Of a stretch of DNA of 64,000 bases, positions 28,896-37,591 are shown piece by piece. The position numbers were made by a program, and so were the translations under genes. Each line of letters starts with the position of its first letter. Position 1 is the stretch's first letter. The stretch comes from Candidatus Nanohaloarchaea archaeon (GTDB taxonomy: Archaea > Nanohalarchaeota > Nanosalinia > Nanosalinales > Nanosalinaceae), in NCBI GenBank assembly GCA_041640035.1, contig JBEQBC010000003.1, forward strand, positions 32,001-96,000, written 5' to 3'. The notes beneath the pieces were generated by a model. It was not told where the DNA came from. It did no database searches and saw nothing but the letters and a program-made list of their open reading frames with translations.

Positions 28896-29639
28896 TTAAC
28901 TCAAATCAATCCGTTGACGGGATACCTCAAGGTACTCTTCGTCGCTGCAGAATATCTCCATACACTTCGTACCCTCGAAATCCGACAGGAATTCCTCGAG
29001 CTGGTCAAAGTCTATTTCTCCAACTCCTATCGGAAGGTGAAGATCCTCTCCTTCACGAGTATCCTGTAAATGAAGATGTGAGACCTGTTCTCCGTATTCT
29101 GCGATGAACATCTCTAGTTCTTCCTGTCCGACTTCAGCGAATCCGTGTCCGGTGTCCAGACACATTGAGAACTCTTCTTCTCGGCAGATCTCTCCCAGTT
29201 CCTGCAGTGTGATTCCGTGTATTGAGCCTACATTAACATTCTCGAAGCATATCTCAACTCCGTGTTTCTCGCCCAGGCTGTTTATCACCGTCATCTGGTT
29301 GACCAGTCCGTCGATCGATTCCTGTATATCTACAGTGTATCGGCAGTCGACATGGACAACTGCTTTATCAGCTTCAAGCTGTGAAGAGAACTCCAGCAGT
29401 CTGTCGAAGTAGTCAACAAGTGCTTCGTCCAGTTCTTCTACGCCGCTGTAAAGTGGCTGTCGGAAAGGAAGATGTACAATCAGGTCAAGACCTTTATCCT
29501 CCAGGTCCTGCCTGATCTGCTGTGCATCCAGTTCCTCTAAAGGTACTTCGCCTTCTCCTAGCGACAGCTCCACGAAGTCGTATTTCTCGTCTATTTCCGG
29601 GATTCTGTCGGTGTTTGGTCCTATGGAGAGACCGATCAC
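28896..29639 (-). CDS. Sugar phosphate isomerase/epimerase (AP endonuclease 2 TIM barrel) family
   Basis: CFEN, CLDTGH, HLHLQD, DLHLPIG.GEIDF. Confidence 0.85.
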   Translation of the reverse strand: MIGLSIGPNTDRIPEIDEKYDFVELSLGEGEVPLEELDAQQIRQDLEDKGLDLIVHLPFRQPLYSGVEELDEALVDYFDRLLEFSSQLEADKAVVHVDCRYTVDIQESIDGLVNQMTVINSLGEKHGVEICFENVNVGSIHGITLQELGEICREEEFSMCLDTGHGFAEVGQEELEMFIAEYGEQVSHLHLQDTREGEDLHLPIGVGEIDFDQLEEFLSDFEGTKCMEIFCSDEEYLEVSRQRIDLS

Positions 29640-32230
29640 TTGATTACCACCAGTATATTCTCTGCTTCGATCATCTCTCCATGTCCGGTGTAAGTTCTTT
29701 CCTCTTCAACTTCGTACATCTCCGGCGCCAGGTGTTCGTCTGCTACGACGAGTTTACCGGCGTCGATGCTGTACTCATTGTTCTCAAGTGCGTCTTCGAT
29801 TTCTCCGACTTTGTCTCCGTACTTTGGACCGGCTTTGGAGTAGTCGAGGCTGATCTCGATAATCTTCTTCTCTGTTTCAGGTTCTCCTTCATGTGTCTCA
29901 AGGTTTTTGATATGCATGACTTCCTTGATTGCGTCCTCGAAACCTGCAATATCTCCATAGATGTGAACTTCTTCCAGTGTCTCGTTCAGACTCATCTGGT
30001 TACCAGTCTTGTATTTACGGAGTGCTGAAATTGCTTCCATAGCGTTCTCTCCTTTGACCGGATCCATCTCGACTTCAAGTGTTTCTGGCCATTCTTCTCT
30101 GTGAATGGTCTGGTTCTCGTACATTTCCTGCCAGATCTCCTCTGTTATGTGTGGCATGATTGGTGCGAACATCTTCAGGAAACTTTTGTGAGCTGCTCTC
30201 AGTGTATGTTCTGTCGAACGGTTCTCTTCATCGCTGAGTTTCTGTTTTGCGATTTCGAGGTAGTCGTCGCAGAAGGTGTTCCAGAACATGTCTCTTAGTT
30301 TGTCTCTGGCCTTTGAGAACTCGTATTCCTGGAAGTGTTCTGTGACTTCTTCGACTGTTTCATCGAGTTCTGCCAGTATCCACTTGTCGACTGCATCTAG
30401 ATCCTCTGTTTCGAGGTCGGCATGGTCCATAGCTGTCAGTTCATCAACCAGCTTGGAGGCGTTCCACATCTTTCTCAAGAGTTTTTCTCCGGAGATGAGG
30501 TCTTTCTCGCTGAAGGCGAGGTCGTCTCCTACGCTGGTTCCTGCGCTCCAGTATCTTGCGGCGTCGACAGGGTAGTCTTTGATGACATTCTGTGGTAGGA
30601 CGACATTTCCTCGGCTTTTGCTCATTTTCTCTCGGTTCTCGTCTAGAACCATTCCGTTGATGGCGACTTCGTCGAAAGGTACTTCTCCGGTGTGTTCAAG
30701 GCATTTGACGACTGTGTGGAAAAGCCAGAAGCTGATGATGTCGTGGCCCTGAGGTCTGAGGTTCATAGGGTAGAGCTCATCTTTCTCCATCTGGTACTCC
30801 TCTTCTTCCTCGTCCCAGTGCCATCCAGCGTTGATCAAAGGTGTCAGTGAGGAAGTTGCCCATGTATCGAATACATCCTCTTCTGCCTCGAAACCGGTTG
30901 ATCCACATTCTGGGCATTCGTTGACCGGTGGTTCGTCTTCGATTGGGTCGACAGGTAGTTCTGTCTTGTCTGCGATGATTTCTTCCCCGCAGTCCTCGCA
31001 GTACCAGACTGGGAACGGTATTCCGCTGTCTCTCTGCCGGCTGATGCACCAGTCCCATTCAAGGCCTTCGATCCAGTGCTCGTACCGTGTAAACATTTTC
31101 TCCGGATACCAGTCCAGGTCTTCTCCTGCTTCAAGATATTTATCCTTCTTGTCGAGCAGTTCGACATACCATTGTTCTTTGACTAGGAACTCGATGCCTG
31201 TGTCGCATCTTTCGTGGACTTTGACTGTGTGGTTGATTGCTCTGCGGTCGATGAGCTTGCCTTCTTCGTCGAGGTCGTCGACTATTTCTTCCCGTGCTTC
31301 TTCGGTTGATAGTCCTGAGTATTTGTCTGCTTTGTCTGTCATCTGTCCGGATTCGTCGATTGCGATCCTCAGGTCTAGGTCGTGTGCTTTGTACCATTCG
31401 ATATCGGTTTCGTCTCCGAATGTGCAGCACATGACGACTCCTGTACCTGTTTCTAGGTCTACTCGGTCGTCTTCGATTATCGGGACCTCGTAGTTGAATA
31501 ATGGTACTTCTGCTTTCTCTCCAGCTAGGTGGTTGTTTGCTTCATCGTCTGGGTGTACGAAGATTGCGACGCATGCTGGAAGTAGTTCTGGTCGTGTTGT
31601 TGAGATTATTATTGAGCCGTGTCCGGTGGCGAGGTCGAACTCGATGTCGTTGAAGTGTGAGTCTTCGTCCATTCCTTCCATTTCTACTTGGCTGATAGCT
31701 GTTTCACATTCTGGGCACCAGATTGCCGGTGCTTTCTCCCGGTACTCCAGGTCTTTCTCGTACAGGTCGATGAATGAGAGCTGTGAGACTTTTTGGACTC
31801 GTGGTTCTATGGTTTTGTATGTGTTGTTCCAGTCCATGGAGAACGCGAACTTCCGCATAATTTCTTGGAAGTCATCTTCGTACTCTTGGCAGACTTCTCT
31901 GACTTTTTCTTGGAATTCTCTGCGGCTGAAGTCTTGGTGTCTGATGTCAAGTTCTTTTTCTGTTAGTCTTTCGCTTGCGATGCCGTTGTTGTCGTATCCG
32001 AACGGGAAGAAGACATCTTTGCCCTGCATTCTCTGGAACCGTGCCTGGAAATCGGTCAATGTGTTTCCGTAGGTGTGTCCGAAATGCAGACTACCTGATA
32101 CTGTTGGTGGAGGTGTATCTATGCTGAATACTTCTTTATCTTCGTCCTCCTGGTATGCGTGTGTCTGATTTTCCTGCCATTTGTGGCGCCATTTGTCTTC
32201 GATCTTGTCCGGTGTGTAGTCTCCTTCCAT
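29636..32230 (-). CDS. valS: Valine--tRNA ligase
   Basis: IDTPPPTVSGSLHFGH (HIGH), STTRPEL, DWCISRQR, KMSKS. Confidence 0.97.
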   Translation of the reverse strand: MEGDYTPDKIEDKWRHKWQENQTHAYQEDEDKEVFSIDTPPPTVSGSLHFGHTYGNTLTDFQARFQRMQGKDVFFPFGYDNNGIASERLTEKELDIRHQDFSRREFQEKVREVCQEYEDDFQEIMRKFAFSMDWNNTYKTIEPRVQKVSQLSFIDLYEKDLEYREKAPAIWCPECETAISQVEMEGMDEDSHFNDIEFDLATGHGSIIISTTRPELLPACVAIFVHPDDEANNHLAGEKAEVPLFNYEVPIIEDDRVDLETGTGVVMCCTFGDETDIEWYKAHDLDLRIAIDESGQMTDKADKYSGLSTEEAREEIVDDLDEEGKLIDRRAINHTVKVHERCDTGIEFLVKEQWYVELLDKKDKYLEAGEDLDWYPEKMFTRYEHWIEGLEWDWCISRQRDSGIPFPVWYCEDCGEEIIADKTELPVDPIEDEPPVNECPECGSTGFEAEEDVFDTWATSSLTPLINAGWHWDEEEEEYQMEKDELYPMNLRPQGHDIISFWLFHTVVKCLEHTGEVPFDEVAINGMVLDENREKMSKSRGNVVLPQNVIKDYPVDAARYWSAGTSVGDDLAFSEKDLISGEKLLRKMWNASKLVDELTAMDHADLETEDLDAVDKWILAELDETVEEVTEHFQEYEFSKARDKLRDMFWNTFCDDYLEIAKQKLSDEENRSTEHTLRAAHKSFLKMFAPIMPHITEEIWQEMYENQTIHREEWPETLEVEMDPVKGENAMEAISALRKYKTGNQMSLNETLEEVHIYGDIAGFEDAIKEVMHIKNLETHEGEPETEKKIIEISLDYSKAGPKYGDKVGEIEDALENNEYSIDAGKLVVADEHLAPEMYEVEEERTYTGHGEMIEAENILVVIK

Positions 32231-32464
32231 AGTGGTTTAACGGCCTCGTTTGAATGAATTGAGTTGCGGGTTAAACGGTTTTAACGCTTTAGAAAAACAG
32301 TTGCTGACTGTAGTTAGACAGTTCATAGTATAGATTAGAGAAGAAAACATAGAAATTCTAGATAGCAGCTGCTGGCAGTACAAAACATCCACCTTTCGCC
32401 TCAATGCCAGCAATCTTTCCCATAGGTGAGTTAGAGGGTTGAACTGTTTAAAATATTGTGGCTA

Positions 32465-33244
32465 TCAGAAATCGGTCAGGCTTCGGTCCCCAGGGTACTT
32501 CATGCCGTCAGTTGCGAACACTACTTTCTGGTTGATCTCCTCTTCCAGCCACTCCTTCTGTTCATCTAGATCGGAGTCAAGGAACTTGTAGCCGAAATGC
32601 GTAATCACGACAGTTGATACCTCGGTATCCTCTACTATATCGGGTACATCCCCTAGATGGGTGTGTCCTTTCCATCCTTCGCCTTTCGGACGGGAGCAGT
32701 AGATGACCAGTGTATCACAATCATTGTAGAAATCTGTGAGTTCGTCCGAGTACTCTGTGTCTGTCCAGAAACCGATTTTCTGTTCGTCATCCTCAAGTGT
32801 GAAGCCGATGGTCTTGGGATCGGTGTGGAACATCTCCTGTGTCTCTATCTCCAGGTCTTTAAACTCGTAGCTGTCTCCTTCTTCCATCACTTTCACATCT
32901 CTGCAGAGATCGGTGTGGTACTTGGAGACGGCTTTATCCATATCGCTGTAGCCTTCCAAAGCGGTTTTGTTGCCGATAAGTGTTCCTGGGAAGTCGTTTA
33001 TCTCGGTCATCTGTTCGATTACTGCGTTTACATCGTTGCTGTGGTCGATGTGCTTGTGTGAGACCAGTACCGCTTCTGTATCTTCCGGCTTTTCCAGTTC
33101 CTGGTTGCTGTAGACCAGTGCTCCGGGTCCTGGGTCTACATGTAGCTGTGTTTCTTCTGTTTTGACTACTATGCCGGCTGTTCTCCGTCTTTGTTCGCCG
33201 GTTACATATCTTCCTCCGCCGGTTCCCAGGAATTTCAGCTTCAT
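32465..33244 (-). CDS. Metallo-beta-lactamase fold hydrolase
   Basis: FLGTGGGR, VDPGPG, SHKHIDH, THFG. Confidence 0.9.
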   Translation of the reverse strand: MKLKFLGTGGGRYVTGEQRRRTAGIVVKTEETQLHVDPGPGALVYSNQELEKPEDTEAVLVSHKHIDHSNDVNAVIEQMTEINDFPGTLIGNKTALEGYSDMDKAVSKYHTDLCRDVKVMEEGDSYEFKDLEIETQEMFHTDPKTIGFTLEDDEQKIGFWTDTEYSDELTDFYNDCDTLVIYCSRPKGEGWKGHTHLGDVPDIVEDTEVSTVVITHFGYKFLDSDLDEQKEWLEEEINQKVVFATDGMKYPGDRSLTDF

Positions 33245-33284
33245 ACTTACCTAGTTCTGAAGATAATTTCAAAAAACTGTAGAA

Positions 33285-34199
33285 TCAGAATCTCTCCTCG
33301 AACTTTTCCTTCCGCTCTTCCGCCAGTTGAATGTACTCTTCCTCCTCTTCCCGATCCTTCAGTTTGGCAGCTTTCCTCAAGGCCCAGATAACATCGTTTA
33401 CTCGGGTAAGTCTTTCTGACTGTCTCAAACCTTCCTCGAGATCTTCGATACCTGTCTTCTCTCTGTAGATGTCTTTGATCAGTTTGTATCGTTTCTGACT
33501 CAGTTTTTCGTGTATGAATAGGTAGGAGAGCATGTTTTCCGGGTTTCTTGAGAATCTTCCTAGCTCCCAGTCGATGAAGTAGATCTCTCCACCTGCTCTC
33601 GTGTTGTTGGCTATATCTCCGTGTGTAAGACCTATATGAGGGTCTTCGTCCTCTTTAATATTGTCGTTTATTTCCTCTAGTTTGTCTCGGCACCAGTCAA
33701 GCAGTTCGTGCTCTATGTTTTCTTCCGCGAACTCCAGTCTGTCGAAGCCGTATTTCTGGATTGTCTGTTTTAGTGTTTCCGGTTCGCTGTACGAGTAGCC
33801 GTTTTCTTCGCAGAATTGTCTGAATTTCTGGAAGTCTAGTCTGTGTATCTGTACGAGTTTTTCGACCCATTCTTCGAGCAGGTTTTGATCCATTTCTTCC
33901 AGTCCGATGTCCTGCTCGCCTACATAGCTGGTTATGTGTGTTTTTTCGTTTTCATCGTATCTGATTGAGCGAGGAACGAAGCTGATTCCCTGGTTTTCTA
34001 GGAATTTAAGTATTTTTCTTTCTTGGTCCAGTCGGTAGGTGCTTCTTTTCTCTTCAAGGTTTGATCGCAGGACATATTTCTCTCCACTTGATTTGAAGAT
34101 GAAGTTGTGGTTGCTTTCGCCGGTGAAGTGGTCAAGAATTCTGGCGTTGTTGAAGCCGTTGTTTTTCAGGTAGTTCCTGGCTTCTTCTTGGTTCTTCAT
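33285..34199 (-). CDS. Aminoglycoside phosphotransferase/choline kinase-like protein
   Basis: GESNHNF, THGDIANN, FIDWE. Start trimmed to MKNQEE. Confidence 0.85.
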   Translation of the reverse strand: MKNQEEARNYLKNNGFNNARILDHFTGESNHNFIFKSSGEKYVLRSNLEEKRSTYRLDQERKILKFLENQGISFVPRSIRYDENEKTHITSYVGEQDIGLEEMDQNLLEEWVEKLVQIHRLDFQKFRQFCEENGYSYSEPETLKQTIQKYGFDRLEFAEENIEHELLDWCRDKLEEINDNIKEDEDPHIGLTHGDIANNTRAGGEIYFIDWELGRFSRNPENMLSYLFIHEKLSQKRYKLIKDIYREKTGIEDLEEGLRQSERLTRVNDVIWALRKAAKLKDREEEEEYIQLAEERKEKFEERF

Positions 34200-34283
34200 G
34201 GTTGGTGGGTTTCCTCCTATAGCATTTTTTGGTTTCTCTGTTTTTAGTAGGCTTTTTACTCTTTGAGTTTGAATTTTTGGTTT

Positions 34284-34592
34284 ATGGAGTGTAGTCCGGA
34301 GCTTGAGGAACTTCTGAGGGTTGTCTTCGATTTGAATGGTAGGGAGATAGATGTTTTGATGGTTCTGTGTGATGGTGAGAAGACAGTAAGTGATATCTGT
34401 GACCATATTGAATTGGAACGAAGTACTGTTCAGCGGTATCTTTCTTCTCTCAAGAAGACGGGTTTAGTTAAAACAAGTCGGGATGGCCGGAAACATGTTT
34501 ATTCTGTGAATCGTGGTGAGCTCAGAGATCAGTTGGATGAGAGTCTTGATTCGTGGTATGAGGAGAAGAAGGATTCGATCCAACAAATCTAA
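34284..34592 (+). CDS. Winged-helix transcriptional regulator (TrmB/ArsR-like)
   Basis: TVSDICDHIELERSTVQRYLSSLKKTGLV helix-turn-helix. Confidence 0.85.
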   Translation: MECSPELEELLRVVFDLNGREIDVLMVLCDGEKTVSDICDHIELERSTVQRYLSSLKKTGLVKTSRDGRKHVYSVNRGELRDQLDESLDSWYEEKKDSIQQI

Positions 34593-34625
34593 ATGTTTAA
34601 AAGTGTTCAACATTATTACACACTT

Positions 34626-34871
34626 ATGAGTGAGATAGAAGTATTCACGACACCTACCTGTCCGTACTGCACAAAAATCAAGCAGTGGCTGGACGAAAAT
34701 GACTACGACTACACAGAGCATAATGTAGCCTCGGACCAGCAAAAGGCCAAGAAAATGATCGAGAAGACCGGTCAGAGAGGAGTTCCACAGACATTTGTAG
34801 GAGATGAAGCAATAGTTGGCTTCCAGCCTCAGAAAATAGAGGAAGCGATCTCAGAAGGGATAGAAGGCTGA
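34626..34871 (+). CDS. Glutaredoxin-like (NrdH/YruB) protein
   Basis: TCPYC, GQRGVP, IVGF. Confidence 0.92.
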   Translation: MSEIEVFTTPTCPYCTKIKQWLDENDYDYTEHNVASDQQKAKKMIEKTGQRGVPQTFVGDEAIVGFQPQKIEEAISEGIEG

Positions 34872-34939
34872 ACAAATTTCCCCTAAAGTTCAGTTTTTAA
34901 ATTTCTCTTTAATTGTTCTTTTACAGTGAGAATTTAGCC

Positions 34940-35728
34940 ATGAAGGTATTTACTAGAGGAGAAGGTACGCCTGAACTGGTCGTAGTAGGCTCTGTTCACG
35001 GCGATGAACCCGCAGGCAGAAAAGCAATCAAAAAACTGCTAGACCAAGACCTAGAGTTCAGGAAACCAGTCAAATTCATAATCGCAAATGAAGAAGCACT
35101 GGACGAAAACGAGAGATATCTGGAAGCGGACCTTAACTCAAGCTTCCCGGGAGACAGCGGAAGCGAAAAACATGAGGAAAAACTGGCAGCTGAAATAGCA
35201 GAACAAGTAAACGGGAAGAGAGTGCTTGATCTTCACACCACTCACTCATCCAGAGAACCATTCGCAACACTCAAAGACATAACAAAAGAAGAACTTGAGA
35301 TGCTTGAATCTACAGCGGTCGAAAACGCAGTATACTTTCCCGGAACCTCAGGAGTGCTGATCGAATCAGCAGAACACGGAATCCTAATAGAAACTGGCAT
35401 CCAGGGAACACAAAAAGCCGCAGAAGACTCTTTTAATATACTCAAAAACTTTCTGGCATGTGAAGGCGTCATAAGAGGAGAATGCAATCTCACTGACCCT
35501 GATATCTATAAGTATACGGAAACAGTCGAAGGAGACTGGGAATTCAAAGCCAAGAATTTTGAAAAAGTCGAGAAAGGAGAAATGTACGCTGAAAGGGATG
35601 GAGAAAAGCTTGTGGCTGATGAAGATTTCTATCCGGCTTTGATGTCTACGGACGGCTACAACGGTAAACTGGGTTACAAGACCGTGTACATGGCCAAGTC
35701 CTCGGAAATAAAGAATAAAGAGAATTAA
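34940..35728 (+). CDS. Succinylglutamate desuccinylase/aspartoacylase family (M14-like)
   Basis: VHGDE, DLNSSFPG, LDLHTT. Confidence 0.88.
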   Translation: MKVFTRGEGTPELVVVGSVHGDEPAGRKAIKKLLDQDLEFRKPVKFIIANEEALDENERYLEADLNSSFPGDSGSEKHEEKLAAEIAEQVNGKRVLDLHTTHSSREPFATLKDITKEELEMLESTAVENAVYFPGTSGVLIESAEHGILIETGIQGTQKAAEDSFNILKNFLACEGVIRGECNLTDPDIYKYTETVEGDWEFKAKNFEKVEKGEMYAERDGEKLVADEDFYPALMSTDGYNGKLGYKTVYMAKSSEIKNKEN

Positions 35729-35737
35729 AGTACTTTT

Positions 35738-35974
35738 TTACTCTTCAGCTGTGTTCATTCCCAATGCAGAGTAAATTGCACATTTCCTGAAGTACCCAGT
35801 CGCCAGTAGAATCAGAGCGACTACTCCTAGAACGGGTGAAACAATTTCAGGTACGGGAACTACAGCTGAAACAAGGTTCAATGACTGAGCAAGTACTACA
35901 AGGGAGAGAAGCCCCAGTACTGCGCCCAGGCCGATACGGACCTTCCGATCCATCACGCCTACATTCGTTTCCAT
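35738..35974 (-). CDS. DUF2892 (YgaP-like) membrane protein
   Basis: NVG..DR.VRI..G...C.IYSALGMNT. Confidence 0.88.
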   Translation of the reverse strand: METNVGVMDRKVRIGLGAVLGLLSLVVLAQSLNLVSAVVPVPEIVSPVLGVVALILLATGYFRKCAIYSALGMNTAEE

Positions 35975-36070
35975 GGACTATATTGTAGGTTTTTATTGTA
36001 TAACTCTCTTGGTACAGTAATCCAAAAAACCAAAACAAATTTAAAGTGTTGTTACTAATTAGTAAACATA

Positions 36071-36187
36071 ATGATGGCTGTTGAAAACGAATACGAACAA
36101 CTAGTTTCAAAGTCGGGTTCAGAGCTTGCAGATGATCTGACTCAACCAAAACCTGAATTTGAACAGATAAAGATAAACACTAAGTGA
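36071..36187 (+). CDS. Small acidic ORF (38 aa), not in the ORF track
   Basis: MMAVENEYEQLVSKSGSELADDLTQPKPEFEQIKINTK, TTTAAA about 25 nt upstream. Confidence 0.45.
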   Translation: MMAVENEYEQLVSKSGSELADDLTQPKPEFEQIKINTK

Positions 36188-36193
36188 AGTATT

Positions 36194-36757
36194 ATGCCAA
36201 AGATACCAGTGGAAGAAAGAGAAGAAGAGAACCTGTCAGAAGTAGTAGAAAGTCTCAGAGATAATGAACTAGATTTCGGGGATACCAGAGAAGAGTTCCT
36301 GGCAGCAGGTCAGAGAGCACACGAAAAGATGAATCCCAACTGGAATAATAGCTCGGATCAGATTAAAGGACTACAGATAGGAGAACCGGAAGAAAGCCAC
36401 GTTGAAGAACTTTATCCTGATGCAGCAGACGACAGTATCGAAGTATACCAGTGGGGAGAAGGAGAAGAAGCAGAAACATTTGTACTTGAAGACACCCACG
36501 GAATGGAAGGAGAAGACAAGGCATACCGAAGCAGAAAAATCGTCTCAGAGAACGCAGAATACCACCTAGTTCAAGAAAAAGTAGATGGCGACACATACAT
36601 CGAACTTGAAGTAGAAGGAGAACCTATGTTCGGCGTCAATAGCCAAGGCGACTTTGAAGACAAATGGCAGGAACTCAGGGGTAACGATTCAGAAATCGCA
36701 AGCTTATCTGCATTTGATGAAGAATACGCAGCTAGTGGTGACGAATACCGAGAATAA
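36194..36757 (+). CDS. Hypothetical acidic protein
   Basis: Typical composition and codon usage, followed by a T-tract. Confidence 0.75.
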   Translation: MPKIPVEEREEENLSEVVESLRDNELDFGDTREEFLAAGQRAHEKMNPNWNNSSDQIKGLQIGEPEESHVEELYPDAADDSIEVYQWGEGEEAETFVLEDTHGMEGEDKAYRSRKIVSENAEYHLVQEKVDGDTYIELEVEGEPMFGVNSQGDFEDKWQELRGNDSEIASLSAFDEEYAASGDEYRE

Positions 36758-36839
36758 AAATATTTTTCTTCTTAATATTTCTTCTCTTTGGGCAGGAAGA
36801 AACCCAACCTTTTTATGTTGTTATGAGTAAGTAACAATT

Positions 36840-37583
36840 ATGAGATTTGAAGCTTCACAAAACAACTCTTACGAAAATGTAGAATCCAGGAGACAGGATG
36901 GCGTTTGGACCGACCATACCACACAGGTGAATCGGTATGATGATCTTCTGGAGGCAATAGGCGAAAGATCAAACTACGATGGAGATTTAGAGTTAGATAT
37001 ACTAGATGTAGGCTGTTCTACAGGAGAAGCAGCAAATTACTTCGCAGAGGAGCTTGAAGACCGATACGGAGTAACAGTAAATGTTGTAGGAGTAGATATA
37101 GGTGATGAAGTAGTAGATGAAGCAGGCCAGGTGCTGGATGAAGCATATCAGGGTAAGGCACAGAACCTAGACTTTGAGACAGATAGATTTGATATCGTAA
37201 CCTCTAAGACACTTCTCTCAAGGATCGGACCTGAAGATCAAACAGACGCAATGAATGAAATAAACAGAGTTGTAGATGACGATGGTTATGCAGCCGTAGA
37301 AGTCGATCCGGAAGGAGAAGATCGGGTATTCAAAGGCACAAGCTATGTAATGACCGGAGAAGAGATGACAGAAGTCTCTCAGGAGACCGAAGGATTCTCA
37401 GACTACTCGATCGCAGAGGAACTAGAACCTTACAAAGCAGTGGACTTCCACCAAGAGAAAGAAAAACCAGATGATGTAGAGAAACATAACGAAGGAGAAT
37501 TCCTAGGAACCACTAGACATGTAGCAGAACAAGCAGGTCAGGAACAAGAAGGAAGCGGTGACGACGATATCATCGTCGCCTAA
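36840..37583 (+). CDS. Class I SAM-dependent methyltransferase
   Basis: ILDVGCSTGE, VGVDI, FDIV. Confidence 0.88.
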   Translation: MRFEASQNNSYENVESRRQDGVWTDHTTQVNRYDDLLEAIGERSNYDGDLELDILDVGCSTGEAANYFAEELEDRYGVTVNVVGVDIGDEVVDEAGQVLDEAYQGKAQNLDFETDRFDIVTSKTLLSRIGPEDQTDAMNEINRVVDDDGYAAVEVDPEGEDRVFKGTSYVMTGEEMTEVSQETEGFSDYSIAEELEPYKAVDFHQEKEKPDDVEKHNEGEFLGTTRHVAEQAGQEQEGSGDDDIIVA

Positions 37584-37591
37584 AAAATTTT

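Noticed and set aside
30276-32072. Long antisense ORFs over valS (also 53980..54900, 56474..56941 and similar)
   Set aside because: Ser-rich shadow frames produced by the Glu/Asp codon bias of the real genes on the opposite strand
32358-32423. T-box riboswitch upstream of valS
   Set aside because: Only AAGGTGG matches. No UGGNACC bulge or stem I features, and T-boxes are bacterial.
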